Numbered from the stretch's first letter, positions 26,410-38,750 are shown. The stretch is DNA of 64,000 nucleotides from Paraspadella gotoi (GCA_051294375.1 CM119264.1:24727842-24791841); one strand, 5' to 3'. Notes: a model not told the origin generated them from the letters alone. Program-made: numbers and translations.

Positions 26410-27470
26410 GTTACAAGTGTTATAAGTTTTAAACCACCAGAACTTGTCAAAAATTTAAGAAAAAATAATTTATTTATTAAATGAAACATTTTTATATTAA
26501 TTATAAAAATTTTATAATTATTATTTAATCATTAATATAAAAACCATAAAATATTAAAAAATTATAATATTTAAATTTTTTTGAATTACTTTTTAAACAT
26601 ATTAAACATATCCAAGAATTTTAGATATTTATTAGATTTATGATAAAAAATAATTTTTAACAAATAAAATTTTTTTTAAATTTTATTATTATTACACAAT
26701 AGGGTGGAATGATAAAAAGATTGAACATTTTTTACTGCCTATGGACATATAATTAATAAATTTTTAAATACTTTAAAAAATTTTTAAATATAACAGTATA
26801 ATAAATTAAATTATGTAGTAATATCCTAAAAAAAATCATATAATGTAAAAAATTTTTTTTTATATTTAAAATTTTTTAATTGATTCTGATAGAGCTAAAA
26901 AAATTAAACAAAATTATATTACAACTTTTTAAAATTTTAATATTTTATTATTAAAAATTAACAAAAACTACTATATTATCGGATGATGATGATAATAATT
27001 TTTTAAATTTTTCTTAATTTTAACCCACCTATCATTAAAATATTAAAAAATATTAAATTTAACAAAATTTTTAATATGTTTTTTTAAACTTTTTATAAAG
27101 AATCTAAATCTTTATTAAAAGTTTTAAAATTTTTTTTTTTAAATTTACTATTTTATAAAAATATTATTACAAATATATTAGATTTTATTATTCTATTCCC
27201 GAAACTATATGAATAAAATATTTTTTATAATAATTAATCATACTATTTTACATCTAAATATTTTTACTTAATTACCCAAATATTTTTTTAGTTTTAACTG
27301 CTCTACTCTACTGCACAAAGCAATAAAATATAATCTTATGATTTTTATAAATTTTTTAATTTTTTATAAAATTGATACAACCAATATAAAACTTATCTAT
27401 TTATTTAATAAATAAACTATTTTATCCCTGACTTTGAACAGGCTTTAGTAGTTTAAAACCTTTACCATAC
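26410..27470. mobile_element. ~1.05-kb very AT-rich MITE/fold-back element with long imperfect terminal inverted repeats
   Basis: agttttaaaccaccagaacttgtcaaaa...ttatttattaaat (26425-26485) is the approximate reverse complement of atttaataaataa...ctttgaacaggctttagtagtttaaaacc (27400-27460). Confidence 0.6.
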
Positions 27471-28239
27471 TTACAAAATAATAACATAGCAGGTCCTGAA
27501 AACTATTAATCAAAACTTTTAATATTATTAATATATCTAAAAATAAAAATATATTTATTTATAAAAATTAAATTTTATAATTTTTAATACCATTCTTTTT
27601 TGGACATATGAATTAAAATTTATCATTGAATCAATCTTAATAAAAATAATAATCTTTTTAATATTATTATTTTAATTAAAATATATTAAAAAATATATAT
27701 ATATATAAAAAATAAATAATAATTAAACAGTTGCTATAACAATTTTTTTTCCATCATGGTAAAAAAAACGGGATCGAATCCCACACACATGTGACACTAG
27801 ACAAGCGTCAAATTTCTGATAGATTTTTTCGTTTTGTCGTAGCTGCGGCGGTCATCGCGGAACGGAAATTGAAAATTAAGAGAGCCACAGAGAGACGTTG
27901 AAAAAGTTAATTTCAGCGACGCCCCACCAAATGTTTTCACGTTTTTCACAAGTCGATGGCGGCGATGGCGACCTTGGCGGTGCAGAAAATGAAAATTAAT
28001 AAAAAAAACACGTGGCGAATGAATAGGGTCGAGAAATTTCCATGGCAACTGTTAGAAAAGTGATATTGAGACACGATAACACGAGAAATTTGGTTTTGAA
28101 CGAGGACCTGATCACGCATTAGATGATTAGGCGGTGGAAAAATTTCGAAAGCGACTAGTAGCGACGAGGAGCGACGAGTTACGAAAACAGCGAAAAACAG
28201 CGAAAACAGCGAAACCAGTTCCATTAAATAATAAATTTC

Positions 28240-28790
28240 ACGATGAAACCAGGAAAACTACACCTTTGTTCCCCAGATTTGGAAAGTTCAGACACTGAAC
28301 TATCCAGATGTCAAATAATAATGGTAAGTTAACGTCGTCTTCAGGTGCAAATTAATGCCTCCACTAAAAGTTAGTTTAGGACTTTTTTAATGAGATAATT
28401 TTAACAAGCAAAATAGCTTAGCCGCTTGGCAAGACACTAAACTAAATATATGTATTGTGACGAGTTCTCTTTTTAGTATGAGCGCTAGACGAGGGACAGT
28501 TAAACTTGACATAAATTCTTAAATGTAGTATTATGCTTTACTGGCTTTGTTTCATATCAAGACCTTTACAATTTTCTTTGTTCCCGCAAAGGAAGATACC
28601 TAGGACGTTAGAGGTTCAAATACTAATAACACTTTTTAATTTATTTGTTAGGATCAGGTGCAAAATATGTAAAATATAGCAATGACGGACATTTTCGAGT
28701 AGAGGACCGGTTTTAAAATGCTCAATATTGTACCAGGACCATTATTTATAGCTTTTTTTGTATTAGAAATGAGTTCAACGATTGTCTTAG
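28240..28790 (-). mobile_element. highly decayed LINE (L2/CR1-like) reverse-transcriptase remnant
   Basis: Broken-frame translation gives, in the expected order, ISNTKKAINNGPGTILSILK (~K.PGPD.I...LK), IVKVLI.NKASK (~IV.P..K) and LGNKGVVF..WF (~GI.G..L.WF). Many stops and frameshifts. Confidence 0.3.
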
Positions 28791-29684
28791 AGTAGGAAAC
28801 TTGTAATAAATTTAAAAATATTCCTTAGGATTTACAGTAAAGTATGAAAAAGAGACAAATCAAAGGAAAACCGCTCGCGGAGTAATCGTTTTAAATGGCT
28901 TTAAATACTACTAAACTATTTCTGGATTTATGTTGTTCCACCGACTTTAGATACTAAAACCATGTACTATCAAAAACCATTCGTAGTTGGCAAGTATTTA
29001 AAGCGCTACTGGTGCAACTTTCGTCATGAACCAAAAAAGCTGAAAAAAATTTCGATCGCTCGAATTTTTTTTCTTCGCGAAGCGACATATCTAGCCTAAG
29101 CTGAGTATATCTCAAAAACGCGATAGATCTGACGAGTAATTTAATCTTTAAAAGTTTCCTCTTACATGAAAAATCGCTTTATTTCATCTTAATTAGGGCA
29201 GATACCGCATCACGCATAAAACGGCGTATATTTTTTTCGCAATGAGTAAACAAAAAATTCGGAATCTTTTTTACCGTTTTTTTAAATTTCAGAGTTTTTT
29301 AAAAATTCAGATTTTTTTAAATTTCTTTTTCCTTAATTTTTTTCTCAATCCTTTTTTTCTCAATTTTTTTTTAAATTTACAATACTATGCAAAAGTTTTA
29401 TATATCATACAAATCATTGGATTTATTAACTGATTGACACTCAGGAAAAGTAAAAAAGGAGGATAACAGCAGATGAGTAGGGTGAAAAATTCAGAGATAG
29501 AGACAGAATGATTAACGTTAAAAGAAATTATGTCTCATCGTTATTTTGAAGCATAGAAATTCCCCAAGTGAGTTTTTATGTTTATAAGGAGAAGATAACT
29601 ATAGCCAGTCGTTTTTTTAAATAAAGCGTTTTTCATATTCATCAGTGCGGAAAAAAAAGAAACCATAGTTATATAAGTTCAATT

Positions 29685-29831
29685 TCATTGTTGCAAAATA
29701 CCCGGAATAGAATCGCCCATTATCTTAAACTCTCCAACACCTAATGTGAAGTCCTGACTACCATCTGTGACACCAGAGGAATGGCCTGGCTCGGTCAACT
29801 GGGAACCTGTTATCTGCATGTTTGTGCATTC
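29685..29831 (-). CDS. possible coding exon (ECTNMQITGSQLTEPGHSSGVTDGSQDFTLGVGEFKIMGDSIPGILQQ*), unassigned
   Basis: Strong pyrimidine tract plus CAG acceptor (ttttgtttttgcttcttactccag), GC-richer than its flanks, open frame. Confidence 0.25.
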   Translation of the reverse strand, partial: ECTNMQITGSQLTEPGHSSGVTDGSQDFTLGVGEFKIMGDSIPGILQQ

Positions 29832-30920
29832 CTGGAGTAAGAAGCAAAAACAAAATAAAAGATATTTATAAAATATAGCATCAACATTTATGATAGGACA
29901 GACTTCATAACTCATTTTGCACTGACTGGACATGCTGCCTCTTATTTTTTTCCCCTTGTTTATTAGCGGCGAAAGTAAAATTAAGCTCATTTTTTATTGG
30001 TCGGGTTTCAAATGCTAAACTTTAATTATCATCAAATTAAGCATTTTTTGTGTTATTTCATCTTGTATTATTTTTTCAGAAATTTGATATTGAAAAAGAA
30101 CTCGGTCTCCCATGGAAAAAACCGAAAAAGAAAAAGTTATGAAAAAAGATATTTCTCTTTGAATCTGTATTTTTTTATATTCCATATTGGGGAAATTTAT
30201 GTCGCTANNNNNNNNNNNNNNNNNNNNNNNNNAAATATTTTGTCAAGTCTTGTCAGGCGGCGTCGGCGACTTAACCATTGGCCAGTGTCTCCCAATCCTC
30301 GATCTTAACGCTCAACGCGGGTCGTGCCACGCCCACCCTCTCGGGGACGGACGGCGTTTCCGGTGAGTGGACGTTGTTCTGTGTTCCCCCCTTTCGGTAT
30401 GAGTTGTTTAGCTTCATTTACTCCATTATTAATAATATTATATCATTTTATTGATAAGGAAGGTACAGATACTCGGTGAGTTAATAAACTTTAGAATGTT
30501 TTGTTTAGGCATGCAGAGTCCCATGTTATTATATGTCGGGGGCATGTTTATTGAATGATTGGATAGTTTTATGTTGGTTTTACCAATTTCATAACATTTT
30601 TTGAAAATGGTGCAAACGAAGATAAACATTTAAAAAAAAGTTATCTATATCTTAAAAGAAATATTGACACAGCAAAACTCTCTTACAGTTTAGTTTATGA
30701 ACTCATATTCTTTAAATCTATAAAATATGTAGTTTTGTACTATCAGTCCCTATTCCCTTGGTGAAATATTAATATTTTTTTAGTAATTAATTGATTAATG
30801 CAATCATCATTCCTGCCACATTTTCTCCATCTCAGGCCCATGCAAGTCTTCCCTGCCGTCACAGTCTCAAGCTTCAGGATTGTTCAGGAGGGAGACGATA
30901 GCCAAACCTACCGAGCGGGG

Positions 30921-31622
30921 ATGGTTAATAAGCACAAGTTGTTTTCGACTCTCTTCAGCGAGTCAAGGCACCAAGGGACTCAAACCGTCGCCGTCAAATC
31001 TGGCATGATTTGCCTCCATGCTGCACCAAATTGGTGTTTTGGGCGTCTCTTGTCTCGGCTCAAAATTGCTAGAAAAACGGGCGCGCCGTTGCCAAGGTCA
31101 CGCCAAACGGAAAACTAGCCGATAATGTCGACGCCGCTCAATCTCCCTCGGCCACGACGCCAAAGGAATACGTCGCTTCATCTCTGGCACCGACGATATG
31201 GCTCTGCCTCCAGTGCATCTGGGCTGTGACAGTGCCACCAACGGACACGCTTTTTCGCATTTTAAGGCGCGAGCGGTTTGAGGAGAGAAATATTAATTTC
31301 GGGCAATGTAATGGTCTTATTTGAAAGATAATTTTATTAAATTAGAATGTACATAATCCATTTATTGTAGGTAACCCACCATTTCTTCTTCATTGTCCAA
31401 AATCAAGAGAAAGATAGCTTAATTAATAATATAAAAATAAATGGCTAATCTTTGTATTTGTTTTAAACGCTTCTTATTTAATAATGTATAAGTTATAATG
31501 AATAATAGTCTTTTCTTTTACAGGTTCCTCGCTCAGACACTCATGCCCTGGTGATCGTCACAACCCCTTGGATCTTTTACTGTTTTGAATGAGATGATGA
31601 AATTCAACCTCATCTCGGAAAG
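30921..31622 (+). pseudogene. USP16/USP45: disabled 5' fragment of a USP16/USP45-type deubiquitinase (zf-UBP domain), two exon remnants (30921-31266, 31524-31622)
   Basis: Translation ...LAPTIWLCLQC[frameshift]HLGCDSATNGHAFSHFK | intron ending ttttacag | VPRSDTHALVIVTTPWIFYCFE*DDEI matches the zf-UBP pattern WLCLxCGHxGC...HAxxH..PRS..H.LV.....W..WCYxCD.E of USP16/45. Lesions: a frameshifting deletion after CLQC and a Cys-to-TGA stop. Confidence 0.8.
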
Positions 31623-31703
31623 GTGCTTCCAAGTTTTAATTTTATTATTCTATTTTTTATCTGCCAGGTTATTATACAGTCAATTTTCTCATAGTAAATA
31701 ACC

Positions 31704-32397
31704 ATCATCTCTGGCGCCGACGATATGGCTCTGCCTCCAGTGCATCTGGGCTGTGACAGAGCCACCAACGGACACGCTTTTTTGCATTTTAAGGCGCAAG
31801 CGCTTTGAGGAGGGAAAAATAAGTGCTTACGATGATTGAAATATTAATTCTCATAAGTAAATAACCATCATCTCTGGCGCCGACGATATGGCTCTGCCTC
31901 CAGTGCATCTGGGCTGTGACAGTGCCACCAACGGACACGCTTTTTCGCATTTTTAAGGTGCGAGCGGTTGAGGAGTGAAATATTAATTTCGGGCAATGTA
32001 ATGGCTTATTTGAAAGATAATTTATTAAATTAGAATGTACATAATCCATTTATTGTAGGCAACCCACCATTTCTTCTTCATTGTCCAAATCAAGAGAAAG
32101 ATAGCTTAATTATTATATAAAATAAATGGCTAATCTTTGTATTTTGTTTTAAACGCTTCTTATTTAATAATGTATAAGTTATAATGTATAATAGTCTTTT
32201 CTTTTACAGGTTCCTCGCTCAGACACTCATGCCCTGGTGATCGACACAACCTCTTGGATTTTTAATGTTTCGAATGAGATGATGGAAATTCAACCTCATC
32301 TCGGAAAGGTGCTTCCAAGTTTTAATTTTATTATTCTATTTTTTATCTCGCCAGGTTATTATACAGTTCAATTTTCTCATAAGTAAATAACCATTAT
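31704..32397 (+). pseudogene. tandem re-duplications of the zf-UBP exon/intron/exon unit (truncated copy 31704-31867, full copy 31868-32397)
   Basis: catctctggc(a/g)ccgacgatatggctctgcctccagtgcatctgggc occurs at about 31178, 31706 and 31868. The third copy keeps the GT donor (ttttaag|gtgcga). The frameshift is in all three copies and the stop is in both copies of the second exon. Confidence 0.85.
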
Positions 32398-32412
32398 CTT
32401 TCCATTTGAAAT

Positions 32413-33545
32413 CAACAAAGAATGGCCCAAGGTTAATAAATTATTTAAACTGTCTTGAATTAAAATAGATGATAAATTATACAAAAAATTGATTAAAATA
32501 TTTTTAGCTGCCAGTTAAACGAAATTTGCCACAAATCCGAAATCCATGGAACAAAAAGCAGAAGTCAACATCGTGCTTCAGAAGACTGCCTCTTCATCTC
32601 TTCCCTCTCTTCCTCCTCGCTCTTTTCCCCTCGCTCTTTTCCCCTTCCGCTCTTTATACTCCCCCTCCTCTTTCTCCCTCCCTCTTTTCCCCTCACTCTT
32701 TTCTCCCTCTTTCCCCCTCGCTCTTTCCCCTCTGTCTTTTCCCTTCCCATCTTTTCCCCTCCCTCTTTTCCCCTCGCTCTTTCCCCCTCCCTCTTCCTTT
32801 CCTCCTCCCCTTTTACCTCCCACTTCCTTTCCTCCTCTTTCTTTCCCTCATCCAGCTCCTCAGTTTTACTCCGAGCGTACCAATTCTATGCTCATTCTAG
32901 TGTCACTGCTGTTGCTAGTGTCGCAGGTGAATATTTTTAGTTGGAATCTGCTATCTATAATCCACTGTCTGTCCGTCGGTCCTCCACCAAAAAAAAAACC
33001 TTGTTGATAGGTAACTTATATCATTCAGATTCAGAACAAGAACAAATCTTCTAGCTATTACAACAAAGAATGGCCCAAGGTTAATAAATTATTTAAACTG
33101 TCTTGAATTAAAATAGATGATAAATTATACAAAAAATTGATTAAAATATTTTTTAGCTGCCAGTTAAACGAAATTTGCCACAAATCCGAAATCCATGGAA
33201 CAAAAAGCAGAAGTCAAACATCGTGCTTCAGAAGACTGCCTCTTCATCTCTTCCCTCTCTTCCTCCTCGCTCTTTTCCCCCTCGCTCTTTTCCCCTTCCC
33301 TCTTTTCCCCCTCACTGTTTTCCCCCTCCCACTTCCTTTCCTCCCTCTTCCTTTCCTCATCCCGCTCCTCGGTTTACTCCGAGCGTACCAATTTCTACGC
33401 CCATTTCTAGTGTCACTGGTGTCGCTAGTGTCGCAGGTGAATATTTTTAGTCGGAATCTGCTAATCTATAATCCACTTTGTCTGTCCGTCGGTCCCCCAC
33501 CCCCCCAAAAAAAATTATGTTGCTAAGTAACTTATATCATCTCAG
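32413..33545 (+). repeat. tandem duplication (32413-33025 vs 33061-33545) containing an exon-like segment with a C/T-rich expansion
   Basis: caacaaagaatggcccaagg... is repeated. Segment tttttag|ctgccag...gtcgcag|gtgaat may be a further exon of the pseudogene. Confidence 0.85.
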
Positions 33546-33700
33546 AACATCATATTATGATAAATTAAGCAAAAAAAAAGACAAAAAAAAACAAAGTCCG
33601 TCCGTCTGTCTGTCTGAAGGTCCGTCCCACGGTCCGTCCCATTTTTTCATTAAACTCCAATTACTCGTGATTGGATGGATGGATTTAAGGAACATCTTTT
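33445..33700 (+). mobile_element. DINE-1/HINE-like (Helentron-associated) fragment with (GTCY)n microsatellite
   Basis: ttttagtc...tctataatccactttgtctgtccgtcggtcc, followed by gtccgtccgtctgtctgtctg. GTCY repeats near the 5' end are typical of this element class. Confidence 0.4.
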
Positions 33701-34367
33701 AATGTTTATTTAGGTTGCGAACACTTGCCGCTACTAGGAATGCACATAAGAATGTTTTGACAATATTTTTATCATTATTAATGTCTTTTGTGATGCTTAC
33801 CCAATATTTTAATTAAATTGATACAACAAATATAACATTTTTTCAATGAATAATTTTAATTGAGTAATCATTCAGTGAGGTGATCGATTTAAAAATGGCA
33901 GCCTACTTTTGAGCACGTGGAAAAAATTGCGGCAGGAGCAGCGGGATCAGCTGGACTGTTTTTCCTCACCAGGGTGCGCAACAAATGAAAAAATAAAGTA
34001 GCAACCCGTATATGTATATGACGCCATTCACTGCGCATGCGTAAAGACTTATATTTTAAACCCTTTAAACAAAAGACTAATGCTGCCCTCTTACGAGACA
34101 ACTGGTTTCAAATCCCCCGGATTCCACGTAAATAAAATTTAATAAAATAGCAACGCTAGAGTTCGTTGGGGAAATAGTAATGAAAGAGAAGAAAGGAGAA
34201 AGGTGCTGAAAGATTAAAGAAAAGAGAAAAACGAATAGAAAAGAAAGGAGAAAGGCGTTGCTTCATAACCCACAGAAAAGAAAGGGAAAAAAAAGGAAAA
34301 AAGAAAGGAAAAGGAGAAAAGGCAGCGTCTCGCGACCGGAATGACGAGGGTGATGGGGTGAGGAGGT

Positions 34368-34416
34368 CGTCGAGTCGAGAGCGAGTCGAGAGCGAGTCGA
34401 GTGCGAGTCGAGTGCG
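34368..34416. repeat. 10-bp CpG-rich tandem repeat (GTCGAGWGCGA-like)
   Basis: gtcgagagcgagtcgagagcgagtcgagtgcgagtcgagtgcg. Confidence 0.85.
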
Positions 34417-34495
34417 TGGCACTAGAATTATCGACAAAATGACAAAGAGGAAAGCAATAAAAACCCAATGCCGAATCCCACCTTTCTCGCCTAGA

Positions 34496-34545
<50 letters not shown>

Positions 34546-35078
34546 TTTCCCTGCTTCTTTCTCATCCCTTTCTGCTTCTTTTTCAGTCTCACTGGCTTTT
34601 GTTTAACCTTTTGCTTGCCTCTCTCTGCTTTTTTCTTACTTCTCTGCTTTACCTTTGTCCACTTCTCTCTCTTTCCTTTTCTAACTTACCTTTTTTCTTC
34701 TGCGCATTCATCACTTTTCTCCAACTTTTCTTTCTTCCCACTCGGCCTTTTAATCTCTCTCTTACTTTTCCCCTTTCTCTCTTCCTTCTCCCGATTTTAC
34801 TTACTTTTAACTTACTTTTCTCCTCTTAACATCACCCCTCTTTTTTCTCTTCGGCTCGAACCCGTTTTCTGATGTTGGTTTCTCGCGCACTGGTCCGGAC
34901 CGCGCCCGGCTCAGCCCGGCTGTGGGTCAGCCCCGACGGCTCGGGCATAAATCAAAGGAAGAAAGAGAGAAAAAATTTGTTATGTACGTCACTTTGCGGA
35001 TATATGGAGAAAAAATGGGGGAGGGAGAGTGAGAGAGAGAGAGAGAAAGAGAGAGAGAGATAGATATATATATATTAA

Positions 35079-36286
35079 GGCGTAGTAAAATTTCTAAATT
35101 TTACTTTAATTAAAATTCTAAAAGTGAGAAACGAACAACATTATACTAATAAATTGTTAAATAGTTTATAAATATTTAGTTAATTTTCGAAATTAATATT
35201 CGGTTTTATATGGAATACCAATAACGTTACTAGCTTAAATTCTTAAACTCGTCTCTATTCTTTGATTTCATTGGTTATTATTTGGTTCTTAATTCTGATT
35301 GGACGAGACCTTTCTGATCCAATTATGTGTATTATTCTCAAAAGTCGAAAGTCGTTTTTAATTGGTCTATTTAAATTTAAAGAAGTATAAAAGGGCAAGT
35401 AGATGTTAAACTTTTAGGAGATTGCCCAGGAAACATTAGGTAACATGATGAAATATTTGTAACTCTTTGAAATGAATTCTAATCATTGAAATTATTATTT
35501 TGTACAGCTTTGAGCTCTATTTGAGCCTCTCTCTATTTGAGCTCTCTCTCTATCTGTAGCTCTCTCTCTCTGGCTCTCTTTATTTCTCAATAGCTCACTC
35601 TTGTTGCTCTGCTCTGATTATTTTATAAATCTCGTGATTTGGATTGATTCTTATTTTTGAGAGTGAAATGGCTTCGCCCAGTGAAATCTACAAGGTACAA
35701 ATTAGGTTAGAGCTAAGTGCTCAAACAATGTTTTTTAAACAATCTCCCACATAAACATTTATGTAATAAAAAAATTTATAATAAATTTTACAATTTACGC
35801 AGTAGGCCATATTTATACTAGTACTAAACCAATAAATGTTAAAATTTCAAAACAGTTTTTTTCTAAGATTTTTTTTCAGATTCAGATTCGTCATAAAAAG
35901 TTGATGGAAAGAAATATAACTCTTTTTGAAAAATTCCTTCATTAAGTGGGTCAAAAATTAGAAAAAGCTATATTTTAAGCTGAAAATTAACTTTTTATAT
36001 TTTAATATAGTTTTTTTTAATTTGTAACCCACTTAATAAAAAAATTTTTAAAAATGATTTATATTTTCTTTTATCAACTTTTGACGAGGAATTCAAATCT
36101 GCAATCAAAATTAAGAAAAGCCTATTTTGAATTTTTCGATTTATAAGGATAGTTCTATATATAAATATAGCCTACTGCGAAAATTAAAAAAACATAAAAT
36201 CAATTTTTTTTACAAATTAATGTTCACTGATGATATGTTGTTCATAATTGACTTTTAGAATTTTCTTATGTAACTTTCACTACGCC
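35079..36286. mobile_element. non-autonomous TTAA-flanked DNA transposon (Kolobok-like termini) with internal ~600-bp fold-back
   Basis: TTAA|GGCGTAGTAAAA ... TTTCACTACGCC|TTAA (11/12 TIR match). 35680-36286 is an imperfect palindrome centred near 35990 (e.g. cgcagtaggccatatttata / tataaatatagcctactgcg, attaagtgggt / acccacttaat). Confidence 0.75.
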
Positions 36287-36934
36287 TTAATATATATATA
36301 TATATATATAGATTTTTTTAAAAAAGTACCGAGCATTTGACTCCTGTCATTCGGAGTTTAACACTTTTTTGATGGAACAAACATGAACACTGAGAACATT
36401 GAAAATTGAGAGCAAAGTCAACTTTTTGTTAAATTAAATTTTGACGAGGAAAAGAGACAAAACTGGCCCCTGATAAAATTGCTTCCTGACAAAAAAAAAA
36501 ATTGAAGCCTGAAGCCGAATTAACGAAATGCAACAACTTCACCGGCAGCTGAGCAAAAAGGAAAAAAGAAAGAAAGAAAAAGTAGAAAAAAAAAGAAAAG
36601 AAAAAAATAAAGAATCATCGCCACCAGCGACTGAAACCAAAAAACATTTTTTGTTTTTTCGTTTCTCGCGATGATTTGTGTTTTTGCCAGAAAAATGAAA
36701 GAAAAACAAAAGGCAAAGAGAGGGGGGATGGATTGGTGAAGGGGAAGGGGTGGGGAAATGTTTTGGTTGTCAGTAGCAACTCGACGCGTCGTTTTGGAAC
36801 CCGCTTATCTTATCCGTGATTTTTTTTTCTTCTTTCTTTTTTTTTTATTTACGAAGTCAGTTTTTGTTTTGACTTTTGAATAGAGCTACGTCACTCCTGC
36901 GGCTGAGGAGGGATGGTGGCAGGAAAGTGAAAAA

Positions 36935-36972
<38 letters not shown>

Positions 36973-37160
36973 TTTGATCAGCAGCAGAATCTGTCCACCC
37001 CAGTAGCCTCGTTCAAGACTCTCATAAATAAAAGATGAGATAACATCGAGCGTTAAATTCATTCAGGAATTAAAAAAAAAAAAGAAGAAAAAAAAGAAAA
37101 ACCGATTCTCTCTTGACAAAAGAAGTGGCTAACCGTAGACGGCGGAGGTCACGGAAGAAA

Positions 37161-37200
<40 letters not shown>

Positions 37201-38547
37201 ATAGGAACTGATTGACTTTCTATGGAAAAAGGATTCGAGATCGTTATGAACCTCACCAACAGAGAGGAGGAATGAAGTGTGAGAGAACGAATTTTCTCGC
37301 TCAGTAAACAGAGATGTGACTTTTACTCAACACATGCAGACGCCGCTGACTTTCGATGTCTTTGACAAATACAACGAATACATTTTCGTTGGCTTTATGT
37401 TGTTGGGCGACAAGAACGAAAAATAAGATGACGAGTTTTATTCGCGCCATTATTTCTTTCCTTTTTAGACATTTTTATCAATTTTTAGTTTTCGTTTTTC
37501 CTCTTTTTTTAATTTTTAAATTTTGCTTTCTCCTTTTTCCTTCTCAATTTTCCTCTTTTCTCTATTCTCCGGTAAAATTTTCCCTTTCTTTTTCTCTATT
37601 ACTCTTTCTCCTTTTTGATTTTCCTTTTTCTATTCAAATTTTCCTTTCTCCTTTCCTTTTTCTCTATTTCCCTTTCTCCTTCTGGATTTTACGCTTCGAC
37701 TCCTTCGCCCGAACGAAAGTCGCCGCCTAAAGTCGACGCTTTGAAAACTTTGGGGTCTGCAAAAGAGCGGGAGAGACAAAGGGTAAAGGGGGCGGGGAAG
37801 AGGGCGTAAGGGCGGCGACAAAGGGGGCTAAAGATGGCGGCAGGGGTGGCCAAAGGGGGCGCGGAATCCTTCATAACAAATTTCCCTTTTGTTCGCCTCC
37901 GTTCCACTATGATGACAACCTTCCTCACATTTTTTTTCAAAGAGCAAAAAAAAAAAAAATCCTTTATATCACCAAGAAAGGGAGAAAAATTCGCTCAACC
38001 TCCCCCCCTCGAGGTTTTTTTATGTACGCGCCCATTCTTTCACATCACAAAACCCTTTTCCTCAATTTTGCGGCATAATTCACCCGAAAAAGGGAAAAAA
38101 AGGGGGGGGAGTGCTCAACTTGACTCCCTCGCGTCTCCGCGTCACTTGACTCCCCACCTTCGATCTCCCTATTTTTCTATTCTCCATCTTCGACCATCAT
38201 TCCTTCATCCCTTTTCTTTTTCCTCCTTTTCTCTCTATTTCTTTCCTTTCCTCTTTCCCTCACTCCAGGCCTTATTACTCTCCCTTCCCTACGAATGGGA
38301 GTAAAAATCCGGTGTTAAAATCGCGTCGGACTAATTTAAAAACAATTTTTTTGCCTTCTTCCACCTGGCTCCAGGTAAAACTTTTTTAAACTCTCACTTT
38401 TTTTTTCGCTTATAGACCCTAAATCTTTTTTAGGTCATTATTCACTCGGGAGAGCGAATTGGAGTTTTCACGTAAAATATCGCGTTCGTATTGTCGTCGG
38501 GCATTGCCTAAGTTCACCCCGCCTATAAGCATGCCACTTTCAGTTGT

Positions 38548-38750
38548 GACCCGTTAGCTCATTGAGTAAAGCAGTCAGCTCATGACCACTTGGTACCGGG
38601 TTCAACCGTGAGGACGGCCGAAAGCCGCCTTGACGGCGTTGAAAACCCTCAAACCTGGTTCCAAGCCCAGGACCCGTTCCATAACTGCTGAGGGGGCACT
38701 GAATTTACGGATAGTAGTCTTCAGTCCACTTAGCGCCTTATCCACAGTAT
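38548..38750 (+). mobile_element. tRNA(Met-CAT-like)-headed SINE-like element, family B, containing a twister-like ribozyme
   Basis: A-box TAGCTCATTGAG, anticodon-loop-like CTCATGA, B-box GGGTTCAACC, then a twister-like fold and tail gtagtcttcagtcc. TATAA lies about 24 nt upstream. Single copy in the window. Confidence 0.6.
38627..38697 (+). ncRNA. candidate P1-type twister-like ribozyme (degenerate)
   Basis: P1 GCC/GGC; TTGA; P2 CGGC/GCTG; T2 GT/GC; P3 TGA/TCA; P4 CCTGG/CCAGG closing TTCCAAGC (the GGTYCCAAGCCC signature); T1 TCC/GGG. Confidence 0.55.

Noticed and set aside
29615-29650. Minus-strand CTGATGA-ATAT-GAAA minimal hammerhead
   Set aside because: Stem I does not form and stem II is implausibly short.
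30930-30965. Minus-strand CTGAAGA-GAGTC-GAAA hammerhead core
   Set aside because: No U at the position pairing with the last A of GAAA and no stem I. It lies inside the USP pseudogene exon.
37740-37870. Promoter inferred from GC boxes and an AAGATGGCGGC (YY1-like) motif
   Set aside because: No adjacent gene model could be built, and motifs alone are insufficient.
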